The notes beneath the pieces are model-generated. The model searched no databases. It was not told the DNA's origin and saw only the letters and a program-made list of their open reading frames with translations. From a phage, in assembly GCA_025677605.1 (NCBI GenBank), contig GCA_025677605.1_4110.1: DNA of 64,000 nucleotides, one strand, 5' to 3'. Position 1 is the first letter of the stretch. Each line of letters starts with the position of its first letter. The position numbers and the translations under genes were made by a program. Positions 10,422 to 19,938 of this stretch are shown one piece after another.

Positions 10422-10892
10422 TTATAAATGTTCCAAAAATGTATTAAAGAAATCCAAATCAATATAAAAGGAATTAAGTCCTTCGCTTCTTAAGTATGTT
10501 ACAATCACAGATAGTAAAAGTATATTACTTGTATATAATAATGAGTTTTGAAAGTACATCTCTTCATTACATATTTCAATATATGAAGGTAATACTTTAA
10601 AATCACTGTCATGAACACAAATTTTATCAAGGTATGAATGGTACTGAATATAATAGTAATCAAAGCTCATGAATGATTCATTATCACACACTGATTCCCC
10701 TATGTTTAAAACTTCAGTACCAGCGTAATACCATGCATTATGAGTATTTGATTTTTCAAACACTTTGTCAAATTTACCATTATTACCAGCATGATAAATC
10801 TTCATCAAAATCTTTGCAAAATCAATACACGCCGCATATGAATCGTATCGGATAACGTGACCATCCAGTACTAACTCGTCGGATTCTATCAT
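10422..10892 (-). CDS. Family A paralog, unknown function
   Basis: 156-aa ORF; motifs EEMYFQNSLL and FYIDL. Confidence 0.7.
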   Translation of the reverse strand: MIESDELVLDGHVIRYDSYAACIDFAKILMKIYHAGNNGKFDKVFEKSNTHNAWYYAGTEVLNIGESVCDNESFMSFDYYYIQYHSYLDKICVHDSDFKVLPSYIEICNEEMYFQNSLLYTSNILLLSVIVTYLRSEGLNSFYIDLDFFNTFLEHL

Positions 10893-11371
10893 AGAGAAAG
10901 TTCCTCTGCAAGTAATTCCTCAATAAGTTCAAGATGTACTAAATCCAGATAGAAAGCACTGGCATTTACACTATTGAGATATGAATACAACATTATAGCA
11001 CGAACTGTTTCTTCTGTATAGATCAAAGATAACTGAAAGTGCGTCTCTTCAGTAGGCTTATAAGAACCTATATTATCAAGTACAATTGTCTCTTCCTCCC
11101 ATTGGAAGTAACATACAAGTGTATTCCCTGGGGTAAAGGTCATGTACAAATCCATTAGATTGTATTCTGAATCATCATAAATCGTAGCGTAGATGGCCTC
11201 TCTTTTGGATTTGAATGTAGGTAGTTTTATGACAAATGAACTTTTATCACAGCTTTTAATCTTATCGACATATGAACGCTTTTGGAACTCAGTACTTTCC
11301 ATTATAAGATGAATTTTGTAAATCTTTTTTGCAAAATCAATATCTTCCTGGAATGTCATTAATCTCTCCAT
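10889..11371 (-). CDS. Family A paralog, unknown function
   Basis: 160-aa ORF; motifs EETHFQLSLI and FYLDL. Confidence 0.7.
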   Translation of the reverse strand: MERLMTFQEDIDFAKKIYKIHLIMESTEFQKRSYVDKIKSCDKSSFVIKLPTFKSKREAIYATIYDDSEYNLMDLYMTFTPGNTLVCYFQWEEETIVLDNIGSYKPTEETHFQLSLIYTEETVRAIMLYSYLNSVNASAFYLDLVHLELIEELLAEELSL

Positions 11372-11790
11372 TTTTTTCCTGGGAAATGCTTATCGTAGAA
11401 CTCATCATCACTAAGCATATAATCAGGAATTTCTCTTTCGATCTTTAAAAACTCTACATTAGTTGAAAAATATTCAGGGCTAGACTTAGGCACAAAGTCC
11501 ATTAAACCCTCCTGAATCTTCTTGAGAAGGTCAATATCACCACGGTAAGGACATACTAAGCTGTACTGAAATAGCTCGTCAGGTGGCATTACAGCGAGAT
11601 TCTCAATGTCATATTGTGAGTTATCTTTGTGAGAATAGATATAGAATTTATTCTCCGGTACTGGTTGTGTTACTTTAGAATAATACAATTCGTTATTATC
11701 ATCCAGCATTACACTATGAGTGCAACCATACGTTTGAAATCTTGTATTAAGTAAAGCCTTTGATTTAACTTTTATAATTTCAAAATACAT
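11359..11790 (-). CDS. Family A paralog, unknown function
   Basis: 143-aa ORF; motif PDELFQYSLV. Confidence 0.7.
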   Translation of the reverse strand: MYFEIIKVKSKALLNTRFQTYGCTHSVMLDDNNELYYSKVTQPVPENKFYIYSHKDNSQYDIENLAVMPPDELFQYSLVCPYRGDIDLLKKIQEGLMDFVPKSSPEYFSTNVEFLKIEREIPDYMLSDDEFYDKHFPGKKWRD

Positions 11791-12128
11791 TAATCCACCT
11801 CAAGTGTAAATTTGTGCATCATAAATGATTTAACCAGAAATAAATCTTTGTGTTTTAGTTTCTGAAGAGACTCCAACAAAATATTCTGTACATCTAATAA
11901 TTCGTATACATCATATTCAAATGCAGTGCTCATTTGAAATAGTTCTTCTTCACTTAAATTGTAAAGAAGTTCCAAATTCGTATCTTTATGTTTAGTAGAA
12001 ATAAAAGATACAATGGATTCATCCTCTTCTACAGAGAAGATAACCCAATGTCCAGCCTTGCATTCTTTTTGGACAATAAAAATTTCATCACCATCGTGCA
12101 TGTACTCAATATCAACTACTTTTCCCAT
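11790..12128 (-). CDS. Family A paralog (short form), unknown function
   Basis: 112-aa ORF; motif EEELFQMSTA. Confidence 0.7.
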   Translation of the reverse strand: MGKVVDIEYMHDGDEIFIVQKECKAGHWVIFSVEEDESIVSFISTKHKDTNLELLYNLSEEELFQMSTAFEYDVYELLDVQNILLESLQKLKHKDLFLVKSFMMHKFTLEVD

Positions 12129-12615
12129 TTAGATATCCCTTGCATACTTCAAAATCATTCAAATCAAAATAGAAGTCAGTTTCAATTTCATGCTTATATC
12201 GGAGAAAACCGTAGAGTGTTATGACATTCAATACCAACATATTCATAGTAGTACTGAACTGAAAGTAATCTTCTTCAGAAATTAGTTTTACATCTTCTTC
12301 CTTGATACTACTCTTTTTATTACGACCATTTTCATCACGTAAATCTACTACAACTTCACCTTCTTTTGAGTAAGATAGGTAATTCATGCCTACACTATAT
12401 TCACTATCATCAAATGATTCACAGAAGATTTCCATCATTTCGCCTGATTTCTGTGTATATGTTAAACAACTTTTCCTATCCCTGTTAAGACTCTTTTTTC
12501 GAGAATACATTGAACCAAATGCTGTAGTATTGTTCTTGAATTCATCATAGATTTCGTAGATATCTTTTGCGTACTGTTCAATCTCATCGTAATTAAGTTT
12601 GCTAATATCAGGCAT
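12112..12615 (-). CDS. Family A paralog, unknown function
   Basis: 167-aa ORF; motifs EEDYFQFSTT and FYFDL. Confidence 0.7.
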   Translation of the reverse strand: MPDISKLNYDEIEQYAKDIYEIYDEFKNNTTAFGSMYSRKKSLNRDRKSCLTYTQKSGEMMEIFCESFDDSEYSVGMNYLSYSKEGEVVVDLRDENGRNKKSSIKEEDVKLISEEDYFQFSTTMNMLVLNVITLYGFLRYKHEIETDFYFDLNDFEVCKGYLNGKSS

Positions 12616-13112
12616 TACAATTCTCCTACACGATTAATATGATCCAACATGATATCATAATCACTAAGGTCAAAGTAAAATTGGGCATCTGGTGGTAATT
12701 TTTTATGCAATTCAGATATTGCAGTTAATGCAAAAACCACATCTTCTGAATAGATTGTGCAGTACTGAAAGTATTCACACTCATCATTGATATCAATGAG
12801 ATCTATCTCTTCGCACTCCAAAAATTCTTTATAAAAACGAAGAGTACCTTTCGCTTTCGCATTGAATCCAAAGAATGACGAACCAAGAATTCTGACATTA
12901 TTATGTGCTTCAACTTTGCTGTATAACATATGCATACGAAATGACAGGATACTGGATACCTGTACTGTATCGGTAAACATTTCACCACTTTTGGGGTCCA
13001 CATATGTAACGTCAAAATTAGTTTCAACATCTCTTAAAAAGTTATGAATGCGAATTAAATTGTCTGCAAAAGTTATAGCATTACTGTATGAGAGTTCAGG
13101 ATTGAATTGCAT
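12615..13112 (-). CDS. Family A paralog, unknown function
   Basis: 165-aa ORF; motifs CEYFQYCTI and FYFDL. Confidence 0.7.
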   Translation of the reverse strand: MQFNPELSYSNAITFADNLIRIHNFLRDVETNFDVTYVDPKSGEMFTDTVQVSSILSFRMHMLYSKVEAHNNVRILGSSFFGFNAKAKGTLRFYKEFLECEEIDLIDINDECEYFQYCTIYSEDVVFALTAISELHKKLPPDAQFYFDLSDYDIMLDHINRVGEL

Positions 13113-13143
13113 GATATGATCCTTTTCGTATTAGATGAAAAAG

Positions 13144-13172
13144 ATTATATCATGCACAGAAGGAGGTGTCAA
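13144..13172 (-). promoter_or_regulatory. sigma70-type promoter
   Basis: -35 TTGACA 13167..13172 (overlaps the stop of the upstream gene); 17 bp; -10 TATAAT 13144..13149. Confidence 0.65.
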
Positions 13173-13705
13173 GATGGATTACGAACAAAATTCCAAATTA
13201 GATCGTAAAAAGTAAGGTCAACATAAAAAGGAGGGAAGTTATTCTGTTTAAGCCAAGAGAACATGAATTGTACACCAACTATGTACGGGTCGTCAACAGT
13301 ACTCATCTGAAAGAACAGTTCTTCGGTAAGTTCTTCTTCTATAAATGGTATAACAATGTCTGCCTCTTCATAAAAGAACTTTATTCTGTCATAGTCAGGT
13401 GAATAACTTAAAAAGCCACCGCTGTATTTTGGATCATATTCAGGGTCATTAAATTTGTTGATATTGAACATATCAACACTGTACCCGTCATCATCCAGAC
13501 CTCTTGAACGAATACTGAAGTAATCATAACTTGAATCAATAAATCTGTCAGATTTTACCCAAATAGAAGTCTCTCTGTTATTACAAATGAACTCATGGAT
13601 TTGCATAAGATCTTGAGCAGTACTGCGAGCGTGTTCAAAAGTGTCAACCTTTAAATGGTGAGTACCGTCCCAATCATCTTTCTCTATTCTGTCATAATCT
13701 AACAT
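13169..13705 (-). CDS. Family A paralog, unknown function
   Basis: 178-aa ORF; motifs EELFFQMSTV and FYVDL. Confidence 0.7.
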   Translation of the reverse strand: MLDYDRIEKDDWDGTHHLKVDTFEHARSTAQDLMQIHEFICNNRETSIWVKSDRFIDSSYDYFSIRSRGLDDDGYSVDMFNINKFNDPEYDPKYSGGFLSYSPDYDRIKFFYEEADIVIPFIEEELTEELFFQMSTVDDPYIVGVQFMFSWLKQNNFPPFYVDLTFYDLIWNFVRNPS

Positions 13706-13707
13706 AA

Positions 13708-14046
13708 TTAAACCTCTTTGTATTGGACAATAAATTCCAGTTCTCTTTGTAGTTCACATGGATAGTTATTCATTATATCTTTCATTAGTTGTTGATACTT
13801 AAATAACTTTTCAATATCTACAATTCTATTATACTCCCATACTAATGATTCCTGAAATAACTCTTCTTCACTATAATCACTGTAATCAAAAATATGAAAT
13901 ACATCTCGTGCTAAATTATTAGTGATTATCTTGAACATATTCTTTTCATATGTAAGATAATAAAAATGTTCTTTCTTGTGGTTATAACCTAACTCAATCA
14001 TTACATAGTACTGATGTTTGGCTATAGTAACTTTAACTAAATCCAT
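13708..14046 (-). CDS. Family A paralog (short form), unknown function
   Basis: 112-aa ORF; motif EEELFQESLV. Confidence 0.7.
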   Translation of the reverse strand: MDLVKVTIAKHQYYVMIELGYNHKKEHFYYLTYEKNMFKIITNNLARDVFHIFDYSDYSEEELFQESLVWEYNRIVDIEKLFKYQQLMKDIMNNYPCELQRELEFIVQYKEV

Positions 14047-14414
14047 CAGTACTCAACCTCTACATGAATAGATTCAGGAAACTTAGTCATATGATCTTCT
14101 GGATAGTTCTGCATTGCTTTGATCATCTCTACCTGTGTAGCACGGACGTATTCAATTGGTGCTCCTGGTAAATCCCAAACTGTACTTTCCTGAAAGAATT
14201 CCTCTTCTGACAGTACTGTAAGATTTACAAAATCATTACGATAATTTTTTGAATCATCATATGTGAAGATTTTAAAAGACCCATTTTCATATAGTACAAG
14301 AACAAAATGGGAGAATTTTTGTAATGCATCAAACCTTTCCACGACCGCATGATTCAGTGTACAAATGACCTCTTTTTTCCTCATACCGAATTGGATTCTA
14401 ATTTCTTTTTTCAT
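14046..14414 (-). CDS. Family A paralog (short form), unknown function
   Basis: Track ORF 14046..14459 trimmed to MKKEIRIQ (GGAG SD, ATGA coupling to the upstream stop). Motif EEEFFQESTV. Confidence 0.6.
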   Translation of the reverse strand: MKKEIRIQFGMRKKEVICTLNHAVVERFDALQKFSHFVLVLYENGSFKIFTYDDSKNYRNDFVNLTVLSEEEFFQESTVWDLPGAPIEYVRATQVEMIKAMQNYPEDHMTKFPESIHVEVEY

Positions 14415-15061
14415 AAAATCTCCTTCAGATGAGTACAAAATTTGTACAGTATATTGCAATCCGCAATGTACAATAACTCAAGAATTTTGGAATTCTGAAA
14501 TTCCTTACACAGAACATTAGAACTGTATACTGATGCTGAATCCACATTCATAATCAAATCCTGTTGGAATGCAACATCAGTACTTGGATTGAGATCCACA
14601 TCTTGTACTGCACCTTTATTATAAAATGAAGTACCTGTGCCTAAATTCTTACCCAATCCAATAATGAAAGAAGTACTGGAATTTAATGTAAGTTGATACA
14701 GATTGCTTCTTACATCGTAGAAGAAACGATTTAAATCACGATCAATCTTGAAATCATCATTGCATTTAATCAAATCACGCTTTGACATATATGGTTTAAT
14801 ATACATAAAGTTCACACCATTATATGAAAGCTCACATTCTTTTTGTGTTTTATTAAATGATTTAACTAAATCACGAAATGTAGAAGGTGATTGACTCAGT
14901 ACTGTATCGTAATAATATTCAGCAGTACTGATGAGTAGCTTAGCTTTCTCGTGAATATCAAATGTGGAAGTTTTGTTTAAATTGATCAATTCTTCTCTCC
15001 ATTTCATCAATACAAGTATCAATGTCTTCATAATTTGCATATACAAATACAGGAGCATCAT
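14411..15061 (-). CDS. Family A paralog (divergent), start uncertain
   Basis: 216-aa ORF; motif TDVAFQQDLI. The 5' end overlaps 14958..15506 by about 100 nt, so an internal start (e.g. 15007) is possible. Confidence 0.55.
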   Translation of the reverse strand: MMLLYLYMQIMKTLILVLMKWREELINLNKTSTFDIHEKAKLLISTAEYYYDTVLSQSPSTFRDLVKSFNKTQKECELSYNGVNFMYIKPYMSKRDLIKCNDDFKIDRDLNRFFYDVRSNLYQLTLNSSTSFIIGLGKNLGTGTSFYNKGAVQDVDLNPSTDVAFQQDLIMNVDSASVYSSNVLCKEFQNSKILELLYIADCNILYKFCTHLKEIL

Positions 15062-15506
15062 CCCTTAAACGAAGGATATTCCACAAAGAAATACCAAACA
15101 CTTCAATATCATTGTGCACTGTACTTAACTGAAAAACACTTTCTTCATTAATTTCAAGGTGTGGTAAATCTATGTGTTTGTCAACATCACTCAACGATGT
15201 AACATCAACTGCACTCGCTCCTGCATTAAAAGTATTCAGTACTGTCGAATCTTTTCTGTACACTAATCCATACAATTCCCCATTGTTATGGGTGCACATA
15301 GATAATTTTCCATTTGTTTCAGGAACAGAACCGAACTTAATAAGTGTTCGGCCTGAAGATCTGAAAGACATATACGTCATGTAATCGTGTTGTGAAACAT
15401 CTAGCTCACTACGGGCAAGTATACGCTCATCTTGCAGTACTACTTCCGTCAATTTGGTTAGTGTACTTAACTTATTTGCAAAAGAAATTATCTCATCATA
15501 GGTCAT
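14958..15506 (-). CDS. Family A paralog, unknown function
   Basis: 182-aa ORF; motif EESVFQLSTV. Confidence 0.7.
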   Translation of the reverse strand: MTYDEIISFANKLSTLTKLTEVVLQDERILARSELDVSQHDYMTYMSFRSSGRTLIKFGSVPETNGKLSMCTHNNGELYGLVYRKDSTVLNTFNAGASAVDVTSLSDVDKHIDLPHLEINEESVFQLSTVHNDIEVFGISLWNILRLRDDAPVFVYANYEDIDTCIDEMERRIDQFKQNFHI

Positions 15507-15732
15507 AGTGTTCGCTCATTTCATTCATATATTCATAGCACGATAGGTATATAATTTTTTTAATCATAAAAGACATATCAGATTTATCACTGTCCTCTGC
15601 AATACGAAAAATATAACGCATATTAGCAAAGATATAAAGAGGTATATCAGATGCTTCAGTACCAGAAAATATATCTATAATAAACCCATAACTGAAATCC
15701 GATGCTGGTGCTTGTTCAAAAGTATTGTCCAT
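15496..15732 (-). CDS. Hypothetical protein
   Basis: 78-aa ORF co-oriented and coupled with neighbours; no recognisable motif. Confidence 0.5.
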   Translation of the reverse strand: MDNTFEQAPASDFSYGFIIDIFSGTEASDIPLYIFANMRYIFRIAEDSDKSDMSFMIKKIIYLSCYEYMNEMSEHYDL

Positions 15733-15922
15733 TTTTCATCCTTATAATACCCAATAGGTACTTAATATACGTCTCAACTGAAGCCTCCTGGTATTGTGTC
15801 CCTATGTACATCAGTAACTGTAATTCCGACACGTCATTTTGATTGGAAGACCTGATTGCAGTGAACATTTGAGCACTGTATTGGTTAAGAATATCTTGCA
15901 TGTCTCTGTGTCTTATACCCAC
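15716..15922 (-). CDS. Family B-like small protein (xGTxYQ motif)
   Basis: 68 aa; YIGTQYQEASVETYIKYL. Confidence 0.6.
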   Translation of the reverse strand: MGIRHRDMQDILNQYSAQMFTAIRSSNQNDVSELQLLMYIGTQYQEASVETYIKYLLGIIRMKNGQYF

Positions 15923-16140
15923 GGTGACTCCCCCTTTCCTTGAACTTTATTCTGAATTAATTTCTGAAGGTTAAAAATGTAATCTTTCATCACAACCTCT
16001 TGATAATTAGTTCCAAGAAAATGATTCAACTTGTAATCATGATATGGTCGCCTCTTCTTCAAAAGGGGATGAAATGTATTCCATTTTGTGTAAATGTCAG
16101 AACACATCCTGTAGTACTGGTGTTTTGGAATATACTTCAT
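15913..16140 (-). CDS. Family B-like small protein
   Basis: 75 aa; FLGTNYQEVVMKDYIFNL. Confidence 0.6.
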   Translation of the reverse strand: MKYIPKHQYYRMCSDIYTKWNTFHPLLKKRRPYHDYKLNHFLGTNYQEVVMKDYIFNLQKLIQNKVQGKGESPWV

Positions 16141-16670
16141 AGTATACCATCAACGAATACATCTTCGAATTCAAATGTTGAAGTATCAATGTATAAATTA
16201 CTTCTGAAGTTCATTTGCATCTCCATATATAGACGTAGAATCATGTACATGTCATCAGTACATGACAATTGAAACATCTGCTCTTCAAATGCGTTGTAAT
16301 TGTATTTCGGGATTTCAATAGTACTACTCTTTACTGTATCCCACCAGTTCTGAATACCAAAATATAATTCAGTACTTTTTCCTGTATAAAACAAATTCAT
16401 GATTTGATTTTTTTCATTCAAGTACAAACGGTTCGTGCCGCATACGGCAATACCAATACCAATAAGTGTAAGTGCAGGAAGACCGTCACGTAATACACGA
16501 CAACGATGAAATGTACCACCCTTATAGACTGACTGTAGGTAGTATCCTTCTTTAATAATGTCTCGTGATGGAATCAAACCAGTACTGCAATCCTTAAGCA
16601 AAGGAACTATAATGTTGATTTTACGAGATAATTCCTGCATTTCCTCTGCATTGTAAGCATCAATAATCAT
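16137..16670 (-). CDS. Family A paralog, unknown function
   Basis: Track ORF 16137..16706 trimmed to MIIDAYN, because the -10 of the promoter at 16705..16732 overlaps the first ATG. Motif EEQMFQLSCT. Confidence 0.6.
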   Translation of the reverse strand: MIIDAYNAEEMQELSRKINIIVPLLKDCSTGLIPSRDIIKEGYYLQSVYKGGTFHRCRVLRDGLPALTLIGIGIAVCGTNRLYLNEKNQIMNLFYTGKSTELYFGIQNWWDTVKSSTIEIPKYNYNAFEEQMFQLSCTDDMYMILRLYMEMQMNFRSNLYIDTSTFEFEDVFVDGIL

Positions 16671-16704
16671 TTCATGTGCACCTTTTGAATTAATATTACT
16701 GTGC

Positions 16705-16732
16705 ATTGTAACACAGTACAGGCTCTTGTCAA
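16705..16732 (-). promoter_or_regulatory. sigma70-type promoter
   Basis: -35 TTGACA 16727..16732; 16 bp; -10 TACAAT 16705..16710. Confidence 0.55.
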
Positions 16733-16742
16733 TAGCATGAAC

Positions 16743-17189
16743 TCATTTTTTAGAACTAATCTTACGTAAGTACTCAAAGTAATCTAAATCAATGTATACC
16801 TGATCGTGCTTCAAGTTCATAGTACTAATAAGATAAAACAAACGTAATACATGTAGTTCTTCATGATTCAGTACTGTACTCAATTGAAAGTATCCTTCTT
16901 CATTACCTACACTTTGTATTGTCTCTCTGGTATACACTGTACGGTCATCACTACTGTCACGTACCACAATCAACTCGTCTGCAAGTGCATTATAGGAGAT
17001 GTAATTTGAATAAGAATTGAAAAATGATTGCTCTTCCGAGCACCCACCACAGAAAGTAAAATATACACACCCACCTTTCTCGTATTCAAGCTCACTACCC
17101 AATACGTTAGGATTATCATTGAAGTACTTGATTATTTGTACAATATCCTGAACCAACTTATCATTTACTTCATAATAATAAAAAAACAT
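16743..17189 (-). CDS. Family A paralog, unknown function
   Basis: 148-aa ORF; motifs EEGYFQLSTV and VYIDL. Confidence 0.7.
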   Translation of the reverse strand: MFFYYYEVNDKLVQDIVQIIKYFNDNPNVLGSELEYEKGGCVYFTFCGGCSEEQSFFNSYSNYISYNALADELIVVRDSSDDRTVYTRETIQSVGNEEGYFQLSTVLNHEELHVLRLFYLISTMNLKHDQVYIDLDYFEYLRKISSKK

Positions 17190-17194
17190 TACAA

Positions 17195-17650
17195 TTACCT
17201 CTTATATTTCTGTGTCTCTATGTATTCATAATCCATATAGAAACATGTTGAATCTATACTTTTAAAGTACCACATAATGACCAGAGTATCGAGTTCATGT
17301 TCAGTATATACAGTACTTTGCTGAAAGTAATACTCTTCACTATCCCACGGACCATCCAGTACTGAAAACGGAATTGTCAAATCTTTAGCATAATAATCAG
17401 GGTTGTATACGGTTATATCTGACCCTGGGTAGTAATTGATAAAGTAGTACAAAGGGTTATAACCACAATTATCATGATCATAATCATCACATTGCAGTAC
17501 TAATGTATCAGAACCATCAAAATCCTCAATATTCTTCGTGCAATATTCAGTCTCTGACATTTTGAAGATACCTGGAATTTCTCCACCTTTGACCTTAATC
17601 ATGTACTCATGAATCTTCTTTGCTTCTTTTAATGCACTTTGTAACGACAT
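17195..17650 (-). CDS. Family A paralog (recent triplet, copy 1)
   Basis: 151 aa; LDGPWDSEEYYFQQSTVYT; FYMDY. Confidence 0.75.
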   Translation of the reverse strand: MSLQSALKEAKKIHEYMIKVKGGEIPGIFKMSETEYCTKNIEDFDGSDTLVLQCDDYDHDNCGYNPLYYFINYYPGSDITVYNPDYYAKDLTIPFSVLDGPWDSEEYYFQQSTVYTEHELDTLVIMWYFKSIDSTCFYMDYEYIETQKYKR

Positions 17651-18093
17651 TACAAATCCCCTGTACTTAAATATTCACATGCTCCCCAGTCAAGAAAGAA
17701 TGGTTCAAAATTCAATTCCTTAAAGTACCACAACACAACCAAGGAATCAAGCATTTCTTGGTTAAAAATGAGACTCTGTTGGAAGTAATACTCTTCAGTA
17801 CCCCACGGGCCATCAAGTACCCCGAAGTCAACAGGTGAATTTGATGTGTCAAAAGTAATCTTAGTACCTGGAATATATACCATAAAACTAGTATATTGAC
17901 TACATGAAGAGTACTGTATAGTATTGTCTTTATCATGACCCATAAGTAAAATATCAGCAGAGTATGTCTTTATACCTGATAGATAATACTCATTACCAAA
18001 TGCACTTACTTTATCACCATAGAACCCACTTTTTATGTTATCGTGGAAGTGATGTATTTTGTTGGCTAGTTCTAGTGCTCTTTCTAAACTCAT
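17650..18093 (-). CDS. Family A paralog (recent triplet, copy 2)
   Basis: 147 aa; LDGPWGTEEYYFQQSLIFN; FFLDW. Confidence 0.75.
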   Translation of the reverse strand: MSLERALELANKIHHFHDNIKSGFYGDKVSAFGNEYYLSGIKTYSADILLMGHDKDNTIQYSSCSQYTSFMVYIPGTKITFDTSNSPVDFGVLDGPWGTEEYYFQQSLIFNQEMLDSLVVLWYFKELNFEPFFLDWGACEYLSTGDL

Positions 18094-18094
18094 T

Positions 18095-18577
18095 TCAACC
18101 CCTGTGAAGTTTATTAATACCGTTATCTACAGTTTTCTTTACGTATCTGTAATCGAAATAGAAGTTCTCAGAACCAATACTTTTAAAGTACCACATAATT
18201 ACAATACAATCAAGTTCTTCTTCATTGTATACAGTACTTTGTTGGAAGTAATACTCTTCACTATCCCACGGACCATCCAGTACTGCACACGGAATTATAA
18301 TGTCATCGGTATCGTGGACAGTACTGTAGATGGTAATATCTCCACCATTAACATAGACCATGTACTCATTATGCATATCAATGAAACATTCATAATCATT
18401 AGGGTCGGTATCTAGTACGCACGTTTCTGTATCTGGGAAGTCATTATCAATGAGGTTATCAGAGACATAATATTGAGTACTTGTGTCTTTGAAAATACCG
18501 TAAACTGAACCTTCTTTTGCCATATTCATGTACTCATGAATCTTCTTTGCTTCTTGTAATGCTCTTTTTAAACTCAT
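18095..18577 (-). CDS. Family A paralog (recent triplet, copy 3)
   Basis: 160 aa; LDGPWDSEEYYFQQSTVYN; FYFDY. Confidence 0.75.
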   Translation of the reverse strand: MSLKRALQEAKKIHEYMNMAKEGSVYGIFKDTSTQYYVSDNLIDNDFPDTETCVLDTDPNDYECFIDMHNEYMVYVNGGDITIYSTVHDTDDIIIPCAVLDGPWDSEEYYFQQSTVYNEEELDCIVIMWYFKSIGSENFYFDYRYVKKTVDNGINKLHRG

Positions 18578-18578
18578 T

Positions 18579-18749
18579 TCAACCCCTGTGAAGTGTCTTG
18601 ATATATTCTCTGTACGCCATGTGAATATTAGCTATATACAATTCTATACCGTACTTGTCATTTGTAATACAGTTCTTGTGTTGGATATCATTAACAAAAC
18701 GACGAATAACTGCATTCATTAATGATTCCATTTGTTCTTTTTTAAGCAT
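18579..18749 (-). CDS. Small hypothetical protein (56 aa, not in ORF track)
   Basis: Hand translation MLKKEQMESLMNAVIRRF...KTLHRG. Start overlaps the upstream stop (TGATG). C-terminus LHRG matches that of 18095..18577. Confidence 0.45.
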   Translation of the reverse strand: MLKKEQMESLMNAVIRRFVNDIQHKNCITNDKYGIELYIANIHMAYREYIKTLHRG

Positions 18750-19075
18750 CAGTACTCCAGATTAATAGAATAAATGCAAGAACGAACTATTTGGTCCTTG
18801 TTATCTCTGTAGTACTTTTGTAATGCAAGGTACATAAAGAAATCGATTTCTTTATCCCATACTAATGATTCCTGAAATATAAAACTTTCATAGTTCTCCA
18901 TGTATTCACATTCGATGTAATTAGGAAGCTTATCTGTTTTGGATACGTACTCAATATTACATTCATTGAAATCACGAATAATCAATATAGGTGTTTTATT
19001 CAATGTAGTAAAAAAGCACGTATAAGTAAAACCACTTCCCATTGTACTTGAAGAAACATATATTTTAGTATTCAT
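18749..19075 (-). CDS. Family A paralog (short form)
   Basis: 108 aa; motif YESFIFQESLV. Confidence 0.7.
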   Translation of the reverse strand: MNTKIYVSSSTMGSGFTYTCFFTTLNKTPILIIRDFNECNIEYVSKTDKLPNYIECEYMENYESFIFQESLVWDKEIDFFMYLALQKYYRDNKDQIVRSCIYSINLEY

Positions 19076-19419
19076 TAGAATCTACTCTTAAGAAGTTTAT
19101 TACAGTGCTCATTGTATTCTTCCTCGGAAATAACTTGAGTACTGCTATTGTTGAAATGATTTCTATAATGACCAGTATTCAAACAGAATGATGCGTTATT
19201 GCGAGTTATAATGTATTTCACAATTTCTCCGCACCAGACTTCTCCAGTGAAAGTCTTTATTTTAATTTTAGTACCATTATGTTTTTTCTGAAGTACTACT
19301 TTTATTTCTTCGAACATTTCATTAAAGAACGAAAGACTTGTCCATCCGTGCATTAAATCTTCAATTTCATATAATGTATTCTGAAGAAGATCTATTTCAC
19401 GGTATTCATTGTATGTCAT
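19075..19419 (-). CDS. Hypothetical protein
   Basis: 114-aa ORF coupled to neighbours; family A motif not evident. Confidence 0.5.
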   Translation of the reverse strand: MTYNEYREIDLLQNTLYEIEDLMHGWTSLSFFNEMFEEIKVVLQKKHNGTKIKIKTFTGEVWCGEIVKYIITRNNASFCLNTGHYRNHFNNSSTQVISEEEYNEHCNKLLKSRF

Positions 19420-19430
19420 AGTTAAGACCC

Positions 19431-19787
19431 CTATAGATTGAAATAGTACTGAACAGTCTTGTGCTTATCTTGAGTTAATTCTATCATGCACTTCGCAGAG
19501 TATTCTTTCATGATATTCTGAATACCAATAACTTCATCTAGTGTACAAATATATTTCTTATCGAACACTAATGACTCCTGAAATAGAGTCGCCTCATCCA
19601 TTTCTGTATAGTCCAGTAGAGGTTCATTAACACCACCACCCACTCGACCGTAATCAATAAAAGAAAATCCATTTGAGGTGTACTTAATATATTGGTCCAA
19701 CGAATGATTGGTATCACCCTTAACGAGATTACAATAGAACTCAACCTTTTTGTAGAAAAAACTGTGAATAGCAAAATCATTGCTCAT
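19431..19787 (-). CDS. Family A paralog (short form)
   Basis: 118 aa; motif DEATLFQESLV. Confidence 0.7.
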   Translation of the reverse strand: MSNDFAIHSFFYKKVEFYCNLVKGDTNHSLDQYIKYTSNGFSFIDYGRVGGGVNEPLLDYTEMDEATLFQESLVFDKKYICTLDEVIGIQNIMKEYSAKCMIELTQDKHKTVQYYFNL

Positions 19788-19882
19788 AATAACCTCTACT
19801 ATAATTAATAAGGTAAACTACAATATAAGGAGCACGTTCGGCGGCGGGGTATTTTTTTGTTTAAGGAAACATGAACTGTACT

Positions 19883-19938
19883 CTGAAAAACACAATATAA
19901 AATTTTATATTAAACATATACCTTAACATGTTTTTCAG
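19883..19938. repeat. Inverted repeat with nested perfect AT palindrome
   Basis: CTGAAAAACA 19883..19892 pairs with TGTTTTTCAG 19929..19938. The nested 18-bp palindrome AATATAAAATTTTATATT is at 19894..19911. Confidence 0.7.

Noticed and set aside
18059-18415. 118-aa plus-strand ORF, and other plus-strand or nested track ORFs. Examples: 456..656, 2685..2894, 4482..4664, 10673..10855, 11988..12224, 12862..13047, 15172..15384, 16000..16272, 17028..17231, 21512..21739, 22197..22490, 22459..22725, 26148..26348, 27930..28127, 30803..31009, 31619..31905, 55198..55572, 55711..55992, 56538..56750. Nested minus-strand ORFs: 1336..1623, 6987..7187, 12803..13030, 17712..17936, 19568..19780, 35942..36169, 61990..62181, 62748..62969
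   Set aside because: All lie inside or antisense to longer family-supported genes. They lack SD or promoter context and have the Ile/Leu/Phe/Ser-rich composition expected of off-frame AT-rich DNA.
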